DNA from: an uncultured Eubacteriales bacterium
GTDB lineage: Bacteria > Acidobacteriota > Aminicenantia > Aminicenantales > Aminicenantaceae
Reading direction: 5' to 3'
NCBI GenBank assembly: GCA_964505785.1
Contig: CAZDJZ010000007.1
Location: 35,629 to 99,628, forward strand
DNA: 64,000 nt
Part shown: piece after piece, positions 38,786 through 47,625 of the stretch
How the letters are laid out: each line of letters starts with the position of its first letter
Numbering within the stretch: the first letter of the stretch is position 1
Notes under the pieces: generated by a model
Database searches by the model: none
Seen by the model: only the letters and a program-made list of their open reading frames with translations
Told to the model about the DNA's origin: nothing
Position numbers and translations under genes: made by a program

Positions 38786-39906
38786 CATTCTGGACGATTG
38801 TCTGGACGGATTTAAAAATCGCATTCAAAGACAAGATGTTTTTCTTCTGGCTTCTTTTATTTCCTCTGCTGTTCGCCTTCCTTTTCGGTATGGCCTTCCG
38901 CACCGGCTCTCCCGCTGACGTAAAGGCGGAAATCAATATTCTGAATAAGGATCAAGGCATTCTTTCAGAAGCCCTTCTTGCTGAGCTGGAAGAGGACAAA
39001 TACACCGTAAATCTATTAGAAAACAAGCAAGAAGTCGAAACTCGTATCCTGATCATACCGGAAAAATTCACGGAAAAAATCATGCAGGGCGAAAGAGTGG
39101 AATTGATATTAGAAAAAATCCCCGAAAGCAGCATGGAAGCAGGTCAGGCAGCCTATGCTCATATTCTGCGGGCGGTCATAAAAATTCTTGCGCGTTTAGT
39201 CAGTTTATCGCCCGAAAGTATGAACATTTTGGAAGACCGGTTTTCGGAAACGGAGCTGAGGGAAATCATATCACTTAAAGTCGAACAAGCTGGACGGCTC
39301 AGAATCATTCCCGCGGGATTTAATCATTCCGTTCCTGCCATCACCATTATGTTTCTCCTGTTCACCGTATTGATGTATGGCGGGATTAACCTTCTCGAAG
39401 AGCGCCGGCATGGACAGCTGGAAAGGATTATTCTGACTCCGGCCACGTACACCTCCCTCATCGGGGGAAAATGGCTGACCCGCGTTATAATCGGCATGCT
39501 GCAGATTATCCTGATGTTCGCTGCCGGCAAGCTGTTGTTCGGCATATATTTAGGCGAATCTATCCCGGCTTTGATTTTCATTTCCTTCTTTTTCGCAGCA
39601 ACCATTGCGGGCCTCAGCATACTTTACGGCAGCTTGATCCGCAAAGAAGAAGTCCTGGTTCTTCTGAATATCCTGACAGCCAACCTCATGGCCGCTTTAG
39701 GCGGATGCTGGTGGCCTTTGGAACTCGTCCCAAGAGGCCTTCGTATCACCGCTTTTATCTTTCCCACGGGATGGACCATGGATGCCATGCATAAGCTGAT
39801 TTTTTTCGGATACGGCTTTCGGGAAGTGCTCCCTCATATCGGCGCTTTGGCGTTATTCAGCCTGGTTTTTCTTTTTTTGGCGGTAAAATTCTTCAAAATC
39901 CGCTAG
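38782..39906 (+). CDS. ABC-2 type transporter permease (paralog)
   Basis: Same architecture as the upstream permease, with an ATGA overlap. Confidence 0.8.
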   Translation: MTFWTIVWTDLKIAFKDKMFFFWLLLFPLLFAFLFGMAFRTGSPADVKAEINILNKDQGILSEALLAELEEDKYTVNLLENKQEVETRILIIPEKFTEKIMQGERVELILEKIPESSMEAGQAAYAHILRAVIKILARLVSLSPESMNILEDRFSETELREIISLKVEQAGRLRIIPAGFNHSVPAITIMFLLFTVLMYGGINLLEERRHGQLERIILTPATYTSLIGGKWLTRVIIGMLQIILMFAAGKLLFGIYLGESIPALIFISFFFAATIAGLSILYGSLIRKEEVLVLLNILTANLMAALGGCWWPLELVPRGLRITAFIFPTGWTMDAMHKLIFFGYGFREVLPHIGALALFSLVFLFLAVKFFKIR

Positions 39907-39935
39907 CCTGGCTATTCATAAAACGACCTGTCAAG

Positions 39936-40199
39936 GTCGTCCTGAGCGAAGCGACGGATCTCATGCTGCCTCGTTTTGAAAGAGCAAAGAGTGAAGAGTA
40001 AGAAGTTATCTTATTAAATCAAAAATCAAATATCAAAAATCAAAAATAAACCAAAGCCGAATAGGAAATCGGGGAATTTATTTAAATTGAATGCACCGAA
40101 CAGACTGAATAGACCGAATAGACTAAAAGAACGCGATGAACGCGCGCGCAGCTAACGCAGCCGTCTAAGATTCCCGTCGCTCTGCTCCGGGAATGACAT
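39936..40199. repeat. B-type interspersed mosaic element, full copy
   Basis: Left end gtcgtcctgagcgaagcgacggatctcatgctgcctcg; right end ccgtctaagattcccgtcgctctgctccgggaatgacat (inverted). Block-by-block colinear with 53753-54022. Preceded by an isolated A-type terminus cctggctattcat (39907-39919) directly after the TAG stop. Confidence 0.75.
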
Positions 40200-40299
40200 G
40201 GGGAGACGAGCGAAGCGAGCATGACCTGGACAGACGCAGATGGACTAGATGCAAACAGCACTTTAAAAGCCGTCAAATTTCCTATAAAATGAACGGCAT

Positions 40300-41544
40300 A
40301 TGAAAAAATCATCGCCCTTTAAGTGGTGGGCCGGACTTCCCCTTTACACTCAAATCTTTGCCGGAATCGCGGTTGGAATTCTGTTGGGCCTTTTACTCGG
40401 CGAAAATGCCGCGGTTTTAAAACCTATCGGGGATATTTTCATCCGCCTGCTGATGATGCTTATCGTGCCCCTGACTTTTTTTACCCTTGTCAGCGGATTG
40501 ACCAAGCTGGAAGATCTCCGCTCCTTCCGCTCCCTGGGCGGCATGATTGTCCTTTATTATGCCGTTTCGTCCTTTATCGCCGGAGGCATCGGAGCGGCCT
40601 CCGCATTGATTTTCAATCCCGGCAAAGAAGCCGTCGGCCTTCTCGATGCCGGAGCTGAAGTGAATATAACTCGGTTCGATCCGGTTGAAAATTTGGTATC
40701 TTGGGTTCCTAAAAATCCTATAGAAGCTCTGGCTGAAGGCAATATGCTGCAGGTTATTGTTTTTTCCATTATTGTAGGGACAGGACTTTTAGCTTTAGGA
40801 AAAAAAGGTGACCGACTGACCCGTTTAATCAATGACGGCGCCGATTTAATGATTGTCATCACCGGTTTCGTCATGAAAACAGCCCCTTATGGAATCCTGG
40901 CACTGGTTGCGAATATGGTGGCAACTCTTGGAACCGCAATGCTGGCTGAAGTCGGGCGCTTTATTCTCGCTGATTACAGTGCCCTGCTGTTCTTGCTGGT
41001 GATTTTCTATCCACTCGTTCTGCGTTGGCTGGGCCGGCAACCGGTATGGCGTTTTTACCGGGCCATAGCCCCGGCAATGCTGGTTGCAGGCAGCACAACC
41101 TCTTCCGGAGCCACTCTGCCGGTTTCGATGCGCGTTGCCGAAGAAAACCTCGGCGTATCCGAAAAGGTTTGGGGATTCACTCTTCCTCTGGGAGCAACCG
41201 TTAACATGAACGGCATGGCTGCGGCCATCGGAGCCATTGCCGTCTTTGCCGCTAATCTTTATGACATAACGATCACAGCCGGGCTGCTGGCACAGTTCCT
41301 GTTTCTCGGATTAGCCCTCTCAATCGGGACAGCCGGAGTTAAAGGGGCTGGGATTGTGATGTCCACGATTCTGCTGCAGACCCTTAATCTTCCCCTCACC
41401 CTGATTCCAATTCTTGCTTCCCTCTGGCCTCTGCTGGATATCGGACATACAACATGCAATGTCACAGGGGATTTGGTCGGAACCGCAGTGGTGGCCGCAC
41501 GGATGAAAATGATTGACAAAGAAAATCATATTAGAAAAAATTAA
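40300..41544 (+). CDS. dicarboxylate/amino acid:cation symporter (DAACS family, GltP/SstT-like)
   Basis: LIRLLMMLIVPLTFFTLVSG, GSTTSSGATLP and CNVTGD are hallmark DAACS motifs. Confidence 0.9.
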   Translation: MKKSSPFKWWAGLPLYTQIFAGIAVGILLGLLLGENAAVLKPIGDIFIRLLMMLIVPLTFFTLVSGLTKLEDLRSFRSLGGMIVLYYAVSSFIAGGIGAASALIFNPGKEAVGLLDAGAEVNITRFDPVENLVSWVPKNPIEALAEGNMLQVIVFSIIVGTGLLALGKKGDRLTRLINDGADLMIVITGFVMKTAPYGILALVANMVATLGTAMLAEVGRFILADYSALLFLLVIFYPLVLRWLGRQPVWRFYRAIAPAMLVAGSTTSSGATLPVSMRVAEENLGVSEKVWGFTLPLGATVNMNGMAAAIGAIAVFAANLYDITITAGLLAQFLFLGLALSIGTAGVKGAGIVMSTILLQTLNLPLTLIPILASLWPLLDIGHTTCNVTGDLVGTAVVAARMKMIDKENHIRKN

Positions 41545-41571
41545 TAAAATCTCATCAAAAGGAGAAATCGC

Positions 41572-44118
41572 ATGCATTCGGTCCATACTTTAAGAAAATC
41601 GTTAGTCGCCGCTTTATTTTTATTTGTCTTTATATCCAACCTGCCTGCGGCACAAGACAACCAAACCGACATATATAAGGAATCTTACCTGGAGCCGGAT
41701 AAATTTATTCAAAACATTCTTACGCGGAACCGGCATTATGATACTCTGGATAATCTCAGCCCGGACGGCATCCATTTCTTAATTCCCGTTGACCGTTATT
41801 TTTCAAATCTGGAACTTATGTCCCAAAAAACTTACCGGTTGGGAATGCTGGAACTCTGTCCTGGAGTCAACCGGGAATGGAACCTTTCCACGCATGGGAC
41901 AAAGGGATTGAAAATCTATTCCCTGGCACGGAAAAAAAGCAGGATGATCGACCTCCCGGATGACATATTCGTCAGTGATATGACCTGGTCTCCCAACGGA
42001 ACTAAAATTGCATTTTTAGCTCATTTTTCCGACGGCACTCAGGTTTGGACAGCTGATGTCGAAACAGGTCAATCACGTTCCTTGAGCCGGGCTCCTGTGA
42101 TGGCAACACTCAGCGGAGTGCGCAGCCGGAGGGGGAGAGGCGGCAGCGCCTCCAGAATGCTTCAGTGGACGCAAAACGGCTCAGTGGTCACCTTGCTGGT
42201 TCCCCCCGGACGCGGGGCGGAGCCGGAAAAAGCCGCCATTCCGGAGACTCCCATTATCCGGCATACCCGTGAAAAGGCCTCCCAGACCCCGACCTATCCG
42301 TTCTTATTGAGAACCCCCCACGAAAAAGACTTGTTTGAGTACTACACCACCTCCCAGCTGTCCATTCTGGCTCCCGGACAAGAGATCAAAATGATCGGAG
42401 AACCGGCCATGTACGAAAGCATTTCCATCAGTCCAGACGGACTCTATATCCTGGCTGAACGAGTGACCAGGCCGTTTTCCTGCATAGTCAGCTACCGCAG
42501 TTTTCCACGCGAGCTCGTGGTTATGGATATGGAAGGCAATCTGTTGTCCACGATTCGAAAAATCCCGCTTCAAGAAGGAATGAGCCGGAATGGAGGGCCG
42601 GAACGGGATCTCCCGCGGGATGTGGCCTGGCGTCCGGATGGAAAAGGCTTGTATTTTCTCTGGCGGGAGAAGGGAGAAAAAGGCGAGGACACGGCTGAAG
42701 AGGAAGAAGATGCGGAAAAAAACAAACGCAAAGACCGGTTAATGACACTAGCGTCTCCCTTTAACCTGGAGGATGCCGAAATCTTAGTGGAAAGCGAAGG
42801 AACCTTGAGCGATGTCTCCTTTTCCGCCAATGGCCGATATGCCTTCGCCGGCCGCAGTAAAGAGGGCAAACGGGAAATCCTTGCCTTTGATTTGAGTGGA
42901 GAAAAAATCAAAACCCATACATTGCTGAAAGACATCGACCCGGACAATCCATTGGACCTGCCGGGAGATATTATCACACAAACAACCGGAAACGGCACTC
43001 CATTCACCCTCCTTTCCAGGAACGGAAAATCCGTTTATTTCCAGGGACCGGGATACAATAAAGATTTTAAACCACGGCCCTTTATCGACCGGATGGTGAT
43101 TGAAACCGGCATAAAAGAAAGAATTTTCGAAAGCAGCCATGATATGTACGAGCGGCCCCTGGCTTTTTTGGACAGCGACATGAACCGGATAGTGGTCAGC
43201 CGGGAATCTTTATCCATGTTTCCTGATTCGTTTTTACGGAAAACGGATGGAACATATACACAATTGACCGGGAACACCGATCCTTTCCCTGAATTTGCTG
43301 AGGCGCAAAGGATCTTTTTCGAATTCGAACGCCGGGATGGCCTCACCGCCTATGGACGGCTGATGCTTCCCGCCGGCACAGATCCAGGCGCCGAACTTCC
43401 CGCCGTTTTCTGGACCTATCCCCGCGAATACAAATCCTTTAAAGACTATAAAAAAAGTGCCTGGCAAAGCTATAATACAAATTCATTCCAACATCTAAAT
43501 TACCGTAATGCTTCTGAAATCTGGCTGGCTCAGGGCTACGCCGTTGTGGTGCCGGATATCCCTATCATAGGAAAAGGCAGCACGTACAACAATAATTATA
43601 TCGCGCATCTGGTCGATTCTATGTATGCGGCCATTCGAAAAGTCGATCAAATGAATTACATCGATGTTGACCGGCTGGGGCACGGAGGACATAGCTACGG
43701 CGCCTTTGCCACAGCTAATATTTTGGCCCATACACCCTTTTTTAAAGCCGGGATTGCAGGCGACGGCGCCTATAACCGGACCCTGACACCCCAGACTTTC
43801 CAGCGGGAACGACGGCTGCTTTGGGAAGCCCAGGATATTTATATCGAAATGTCGCCTTTCTTTGAAGCGGATCATTTGGAAACACCGCTTCTGATGTATC
43901 ATGGTGCTCAGGACAACAACACCGGAACGTTCCTGATCCAGTCTGAACGCATGATGCACGCCCTGACCGGATTGGGAAAAAATGCGGTATTGTATATTTA
44001 CCCTTTTGAATCGCACGGACCCCGATGCATTGAAACATATTTGGACTTGTGGAAACGCTGGACCGATTGGTTTGCAAAATATGTAAAAAGCCCTGAGATA
44101 AACAAAAACAAAGAATAA
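41572..44118 (+). CDS. S9-family serine peptidase (prolyl oligopeptidase/dipeptidyl peptidase-like) with N-terminal beta-propeller
   Basis: Signal peptide, TolB/WD40-like repeats (SPNGTKIAFLA, SPDGLYIL). Catalytic GGHSYGAF (GxSxG), then HGAQDNN and FESHG. Confidence 0.85.
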   Translation: MHSVHTLRKSLVAALFLFVFISNLPAAQDNQTDIYKESYLEPDKFIQNILTRNRHYDTLDNLSPDGIHFLIPVDRYFSNLELMSQKTYRLGMLELCPGVNREWNLSTHGTKGLKIYSLARKKSRMIDLPDDIFVSDMTWSPNGTKIAFLAHFSDGTQVWTADVETGQSRSLSRAPVMATLSGVRSRRGRGGSASRMLQWTQNGSVVTLLVPPGRGAEPEKAAIPETPIIRHTREKASQTPTYPFLLRTPHEKDLFEYYTTSQLSILAPGQEIKMIGEPAMYESISISPDGLYILAERVTRPFSCIVSYRSFPRELVVMDMEGNLLSTIRKIPLQEGMSRNGGPERDLPRDVAWRPDGKGLYFLWREKGEKGEDTAEEEEDAEKNKRKDRLMTLASPFNLEDAEILVESEGTLSDVSFSANGRYAFAGRSKEGKREILAFDLSGEKIKTHTLLKDIDPDNPLDLPGDIITQTTGNGTPFTLLSRNGKSVYFQGPGYNKDFKPRPFIDRMVIETGIKERIFESSHDMYERPLAFLDSDMNRIVVSRESLSMFPDSFLRKTDGTYTQLTGNTDPFPEFAEAQRIFFEFERRDGLTAYGRLMLPAGTDPGAELPAVFWTYPREYKSFKDYKKSAWQSYNTNSFQHLNYRNASEIWLAQGYAVVVPDIPIIGKGSTYNNNYIAHLVDSMYAAIRKVDQMNYIDVDRLGHGGHSYGAFATANILAHTPFFKAGIAGDGAYNRTLTPQTFQRERRLLWEAQDIYIEMSPFFEADHLETPLLMYHGAQDNNTGTFLIQSERMMHALTGLGKNAVLYIYPFESHGPRCIETYLDLWKRWTDWFAKYVKSPEINKNKE

Positions 44119-44292
44119 AGCCGGGTGAAGGTCTCAAGCTCATTGGGATCCGCAGGCCTGTTATCGCAGGCCTCGGAATGAAATGTGTTTTTTCGCTGTC
44201 AAGCAACGTTTATCAGCTATGCAGCGTTTGTATTAATCCGGGCAGTTGATTTATTACGGCTTACCCAATAAACTATGTAAAGATTTGCCCGG

Positions 44293-44398
44293 CCTGAATT
44301 ATTCACAGGCCGGGATTGCCGCCAAATGTGAGGCGCAGGGCAGGATGCATTCGTTCTTCAGGACAAATGCCCGGCAAAAAAGCAGATGCGGCGAGAGA
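44293..44398. repeat. A-type element, GC-rich half copy
   Basis: cctgaattattcacaggccgggattgccgc...agcagatgcggcgagagata is colinear with 33445-33550. The second terminus is missing. Confidence 0.6.
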
Positions 44399-44411
44399 TA
44401 AGGAGTTCACA

Positions 44412-47400
44412 TTGAAAAAGAATGCAACGCATGTTTTTTCTGCAGTGCTGTTATTTATATGCTTATCCGGATTGTCATTTCCGCAGCCTTCGCTGAACGG
44501 GTCTTTGTCCGGAAAAGTTTTGGATTCAGACGGGAATCCGTTGTCTGATGCCACAATCATGATAAAAGGTCCGGCCATGCAGGGACTTCAGATTTATGTA
44601 ACCGATGATTCCGGTGCTTTTTATTTTTCTTCACTACCTCCCGGAATTGATTACACCATCCGGATTGAAAAACCGGAATATACAACCATGATATATCCCG
44701 GTATTTCCCTGGATATGGGACACCGCCTTCATTTGAAGGTCACCCTGAAAGCTTCAAGTATGGAACAGGAAGCAGTTGTTCATGATCCCCCTGTCTGGAC
44801 GGATACCCAAAGCAGCAAAACTTCTTTTTCCATAGCCCGGAGCTTTCTTGAGCATATTCCCCTTTCCCGTGATCTTCAGGACATGCGGAAGACCGCTCCC
44901 GGATCGGTTCCCTCCGGTCCTGTATACCGGGGGCACACTTTGTTCGCCGGATCATCTGTTCATAATATCATCTATTCGGTTGACGGGATTGTCCTTAACG
45001 ACCCTTTGGATATGCATCCGATGACTCCGGTCAATCCGGATGTTTTTGAAGAAATCGAATTCGGTTCGGCCGGACTTCCTCCTTCCATGAATGCTGCCGG
45101 CGGCGGCTATATAAACGTCCGGTCCCGCAGCGGAGATAATACAGTCACAGGAAACCTCCACGCAGAATATATGGATAAACAACTCCAGCAGGTTTTGCTT
45201 GATACCAAAGAACTAAAGGCCGCAGGTTTGGAACGTCCGTCTGATTTGATACGAAGGATGGATCTTTCTTTCACTTTCGGAGCACCGATTCTGCAGGACT
45301 TTGCCTGGCTTTTCGTTAATACCCGGTATTTAACATGGAAACAAAATTTTAATCACGTCGATTGGGAGTCTACCCAGTCGACCGGAAAAAATGTTTTCAC
45401 AGGAGACTCCGCACCTCACAAACAGTTTACTGTTTTCGGGAAACTAACCATGCGTCCGGTTTCTTACGGCCGCGGCAGCATTACCTATAATCTGGCATCC
45501 ATAACCGAAGATTTTTATATCCCTGCAATTCAGCATAATTCAGATCTGTCCGCACTGAGCCGCTGGAACGGAGAGATCGATCAAACGTTCGGAGTCAACG
45601 GAGAATGGATTCAGTCACAAAACTTTTCTCTCAGTGGGCAAGTGTCGTATTCGTACCGCAATTTTCCATTATCCTACAGTGATTCTTCGCTGCCCAATGA
45701 ACCTCGCATATATGACCGCTATTATCAAATATACACCAATAACGCTGAATTTGAACAAATTTTCAGGCGGCAGCGGCTTAATCCTTCTGTCTTTCTTTCT
45801 TTGTTCGTGGACCGATTTATGGGCGGCCGCCACCAAATTATTTTGGGAGCGGACTATGAATGGGCCGCCAATAATTGGAATTATTGGCGGACAAACCCTT
45901 TCATGATCCATTACTATCAAGGCAGTCTCTACGCTTACCCCACGGATAACGAACCCTTCCGGACCAAGCTGTTCGCATACACATCCGGGCAATTCAGTAA
46001 AAGTACAATTCAGAAAAATGAAAAAAACGCTGTCGGCGCTTTTATTCAAGACAGCATTACATTCGCCGGCCGAATAACATTTAATTTAGGATTGAGGTTA
46101 AACTTCAGCAGCGGGTTTCATCCCGATCAATTCCATGGCCAGGCTTATGATCAGTACGAAATTTTTGAAGTTCTTCCCGGGCTGGAGTCCCAATATGATT
46201 ATTACAAAGTCAACAGCCGCAATGTTTTGACCTGGTTTAATTTATCTCCCCGGCTGGGATTCGCTTTTGATATCTTCGGTAACGGCCGAACCGTTCTTAA
46301 AGGAAACTATGCCCGTTACCATGATTATATGCACCTCGGCTACCTCAGCAATGTCAATCCATTTGCTCCTCAGCTTAGTTCCTGGTACTGGGTCGATGAT
46401 AACGAAAACAAAGTCCCTGATAAAGAAGACCGCTTCGACCTTATTGACGCCGCCGACGATCCGGAAACTTTATCCCTGGAGGATAACCTTGATACGGAAG
46501 CCTATTCTCCGCATACAGAAGAATTTTCAGCAGGAATAGAACACGAGCTTTTCAGGGATTTTAACTTGGGCCTGTCCTTCATTTATAAGCATCAAAAAAA
46601 CCTTCTGGAAGACGTTAATGATTACGGATTGGGACAAGAGGAAGCCTGGAAAGGATACCGTTCAGACAGTCCCTTCTGGGAAGAATTCGCTTTCACCGAC
46701 CCGGGTGAAGATGGTGAGTTCGGAACCTCCGACGATTCCACAGCAGTGTGCTTTGCGGAGACCGCCGCCTCACCCGGAGGCAGGCATTGGTATTTTATGA
46801 ATATTGAGGATGCCTACCGTAAATATACGGCTGTCGAGCTGGTCTTGAATAAACGCATGTCTCATAATTGGCAGCTGCTGGCCTCATTTGTATGGAGCCG
46901 GGCTTGGGGTAACGTGGATGGAGGCTCCTACGCTTCATCCGGTTTTTCAAATGCGTTCAACACGCCTAATCAAACTCTTTTCTCAGGAGGCCGGCTGGAT
47001 TATGACCGCCCGATAAATATTAAAATAATGGGATCGGTCATTCTTCCGTATGATTTTATCGCCAGTGCTTTTTACCAATACTATTCCGGTATTCCTTGGA
47101 ACCGGACAATCACGGTCACTATTCCTGAAGATGACAAATATTTCGATCCCGGAGCCGTTTACACCGTGGCAACGGAAGAAAAAGGTTCCCGGAGAACATC
47201 GCCCTTTTCCATGCTCGATTTCCGGCTGGAAAAATCATTTCAGGTTTCCGGAGATCTGGCGATCGGAGGATATGTAGACGTGCTGAATGTATTAGGGCAG
47301 AGCCGCCTGCATGTAGAATCAAGTGCCGGAGGGTTTCTGGATTACAGCGATCCCGGCAACCCGGTCTTTCAGCCTTATGGAAATTCCGGAGACATCTTTG

Positions 47401-47450
47401 ACGCCACCGGCGTTCGGACGGTTCGGTTCAGTCTCCGCCTCTCTTTCTAA
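44412..47450 (+). CDS. TonB-dependent-receptor-like outer-membrane beta-barrel with N-terminal CarboxypepD_reg domain
   Basis: TTG start 6 nt after the AAGGAG at 44400-44405. Signal peptide LLFICLSGLSFPQ, then GKVLDSDGNPLSDATIMIKG (CarboxypepD_reg). About 900 aa of beta-rich sequence ending FSLRLSF. The longest ORF (from 44316) would read through the repeat. Confidence 0.75.
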   Translation: MKKNATHVFSAVLLFICLSGLSFPQPSLNGSLSGKVLDSDGNPLSDATIMIKGPAMQGLQIYVTDDSGAFYFSSLPPGIDYTIRIEKPEYTTMIYPGISLDMGHRLHLKVTLKASSMEQEAVVHDPPVWTDTQSSKTSFSIARSFLEHIPLSRDLQDMRKTAPGSVPSGPVYRGHTLFAGSSVHNIIYSVDGIVLNDPLDMHPMTPVNPDVFEEIEFGSAGLPPSMNAAGGGYINVRSRSGDNTVTGNLHAEYMDKQLQQVLLDTKELKAAGLERPSDLIRRMDLSFTFGAPILQDFAWLFVNTRYLTWKQNFNHVDWESTQSTGKNVFTGDSAPHKQFTVFGKLTMRPVSYGRGSITYNLASITEDFYIPAIQHNSDLSALSRWNGEIDQTFGVNGEWIQSQNFSLSGQVSYSYRNFPLSYSDSSLPNEPRIYDRYYQIYTNNAEFEQIFRRQRLNPSVFLSLFVDRFMGGRHQIILGADYEWAANNWNYWRTNPFMIHYYQGSLYAYPTDNEPFRTKLFAYTSGQFSKSTIQKNEKNAVGAFIQDSITFAGRITFNLGLRLNFSSGFHPDQFHGQAYDQYEIFEVLPGLESQYDYYKVNSRNVLTWFNLSPRLGFAFDIFGNGRTVLKGNYARYHDYMHLGYLSNVNPFAPQLSSWYWVDDNENKVPDKEDRFDLIDAADDPETLSLEDNLDTEAYSPHTEEFSAGIEHELFRDFNLGLSFIYKHQKNLLEDVNDYGLGQEEAWKGYRSDSPFWEEFAFTDPGEDGEFGTSDDSTAVCFAETAASPGGRHWYFMNIEDAYRKYTAVELVLNKRMSHNWQLLASFVWSRAWGNVDGGSYASSGFSNAFNTPNQTLFSGGRLDYDRPINIKIMGSVILPYDFIASAFYQYYSGIPWNRTITVTIPEDDKYFDPGAVYTVATEEKGSRRTSPFSMLDFRLEKSFQVSGDLAIGGYVDVLNVLGQSRLHVESSAGGFLDYSDPGNPVFQPYGNSGDIFDATGVRTVRFSLRLSF

Positions 47451-47596
47451 CCTGAATTATTCATAAAAAAATTGCGATATTTGCAATTTCTTTTTTATCA
47501 GCGATTAACATGTTTTTTAGAGAAGGACCCATGGGACAGTTTTTCATTAATAACTTTTTATTTTTTCGCAACTTTCCACCCCTCCGGGCGGGGGGC
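47451..47596. repeat. A-type element, AT-rich half copy
   Basis: cctgaattattcataaaaaaattgcgat...ttcgcaactttccacccctccgggcgggggg. Starts directly after the TAA stop at 47448-47450. Confidence 0.6.
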
Positions 47597-47625
47597 CTGA
47601 GAAGCGAATCGAGTTCCCCGAAGTG

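Noticed and set aside
35457-39906. Radical SAM plus ABC exporter as a RiPP/bacteriocin cluster
   Set aside because: The radical-SAM-like protein lacks the Fe-S motif and is divergently transcribed. I found no plausible precursor-peptide ORF in 35253-35456 or 36489-36602. The ABC system is a generic ABC-2 type without a peptidase domain.
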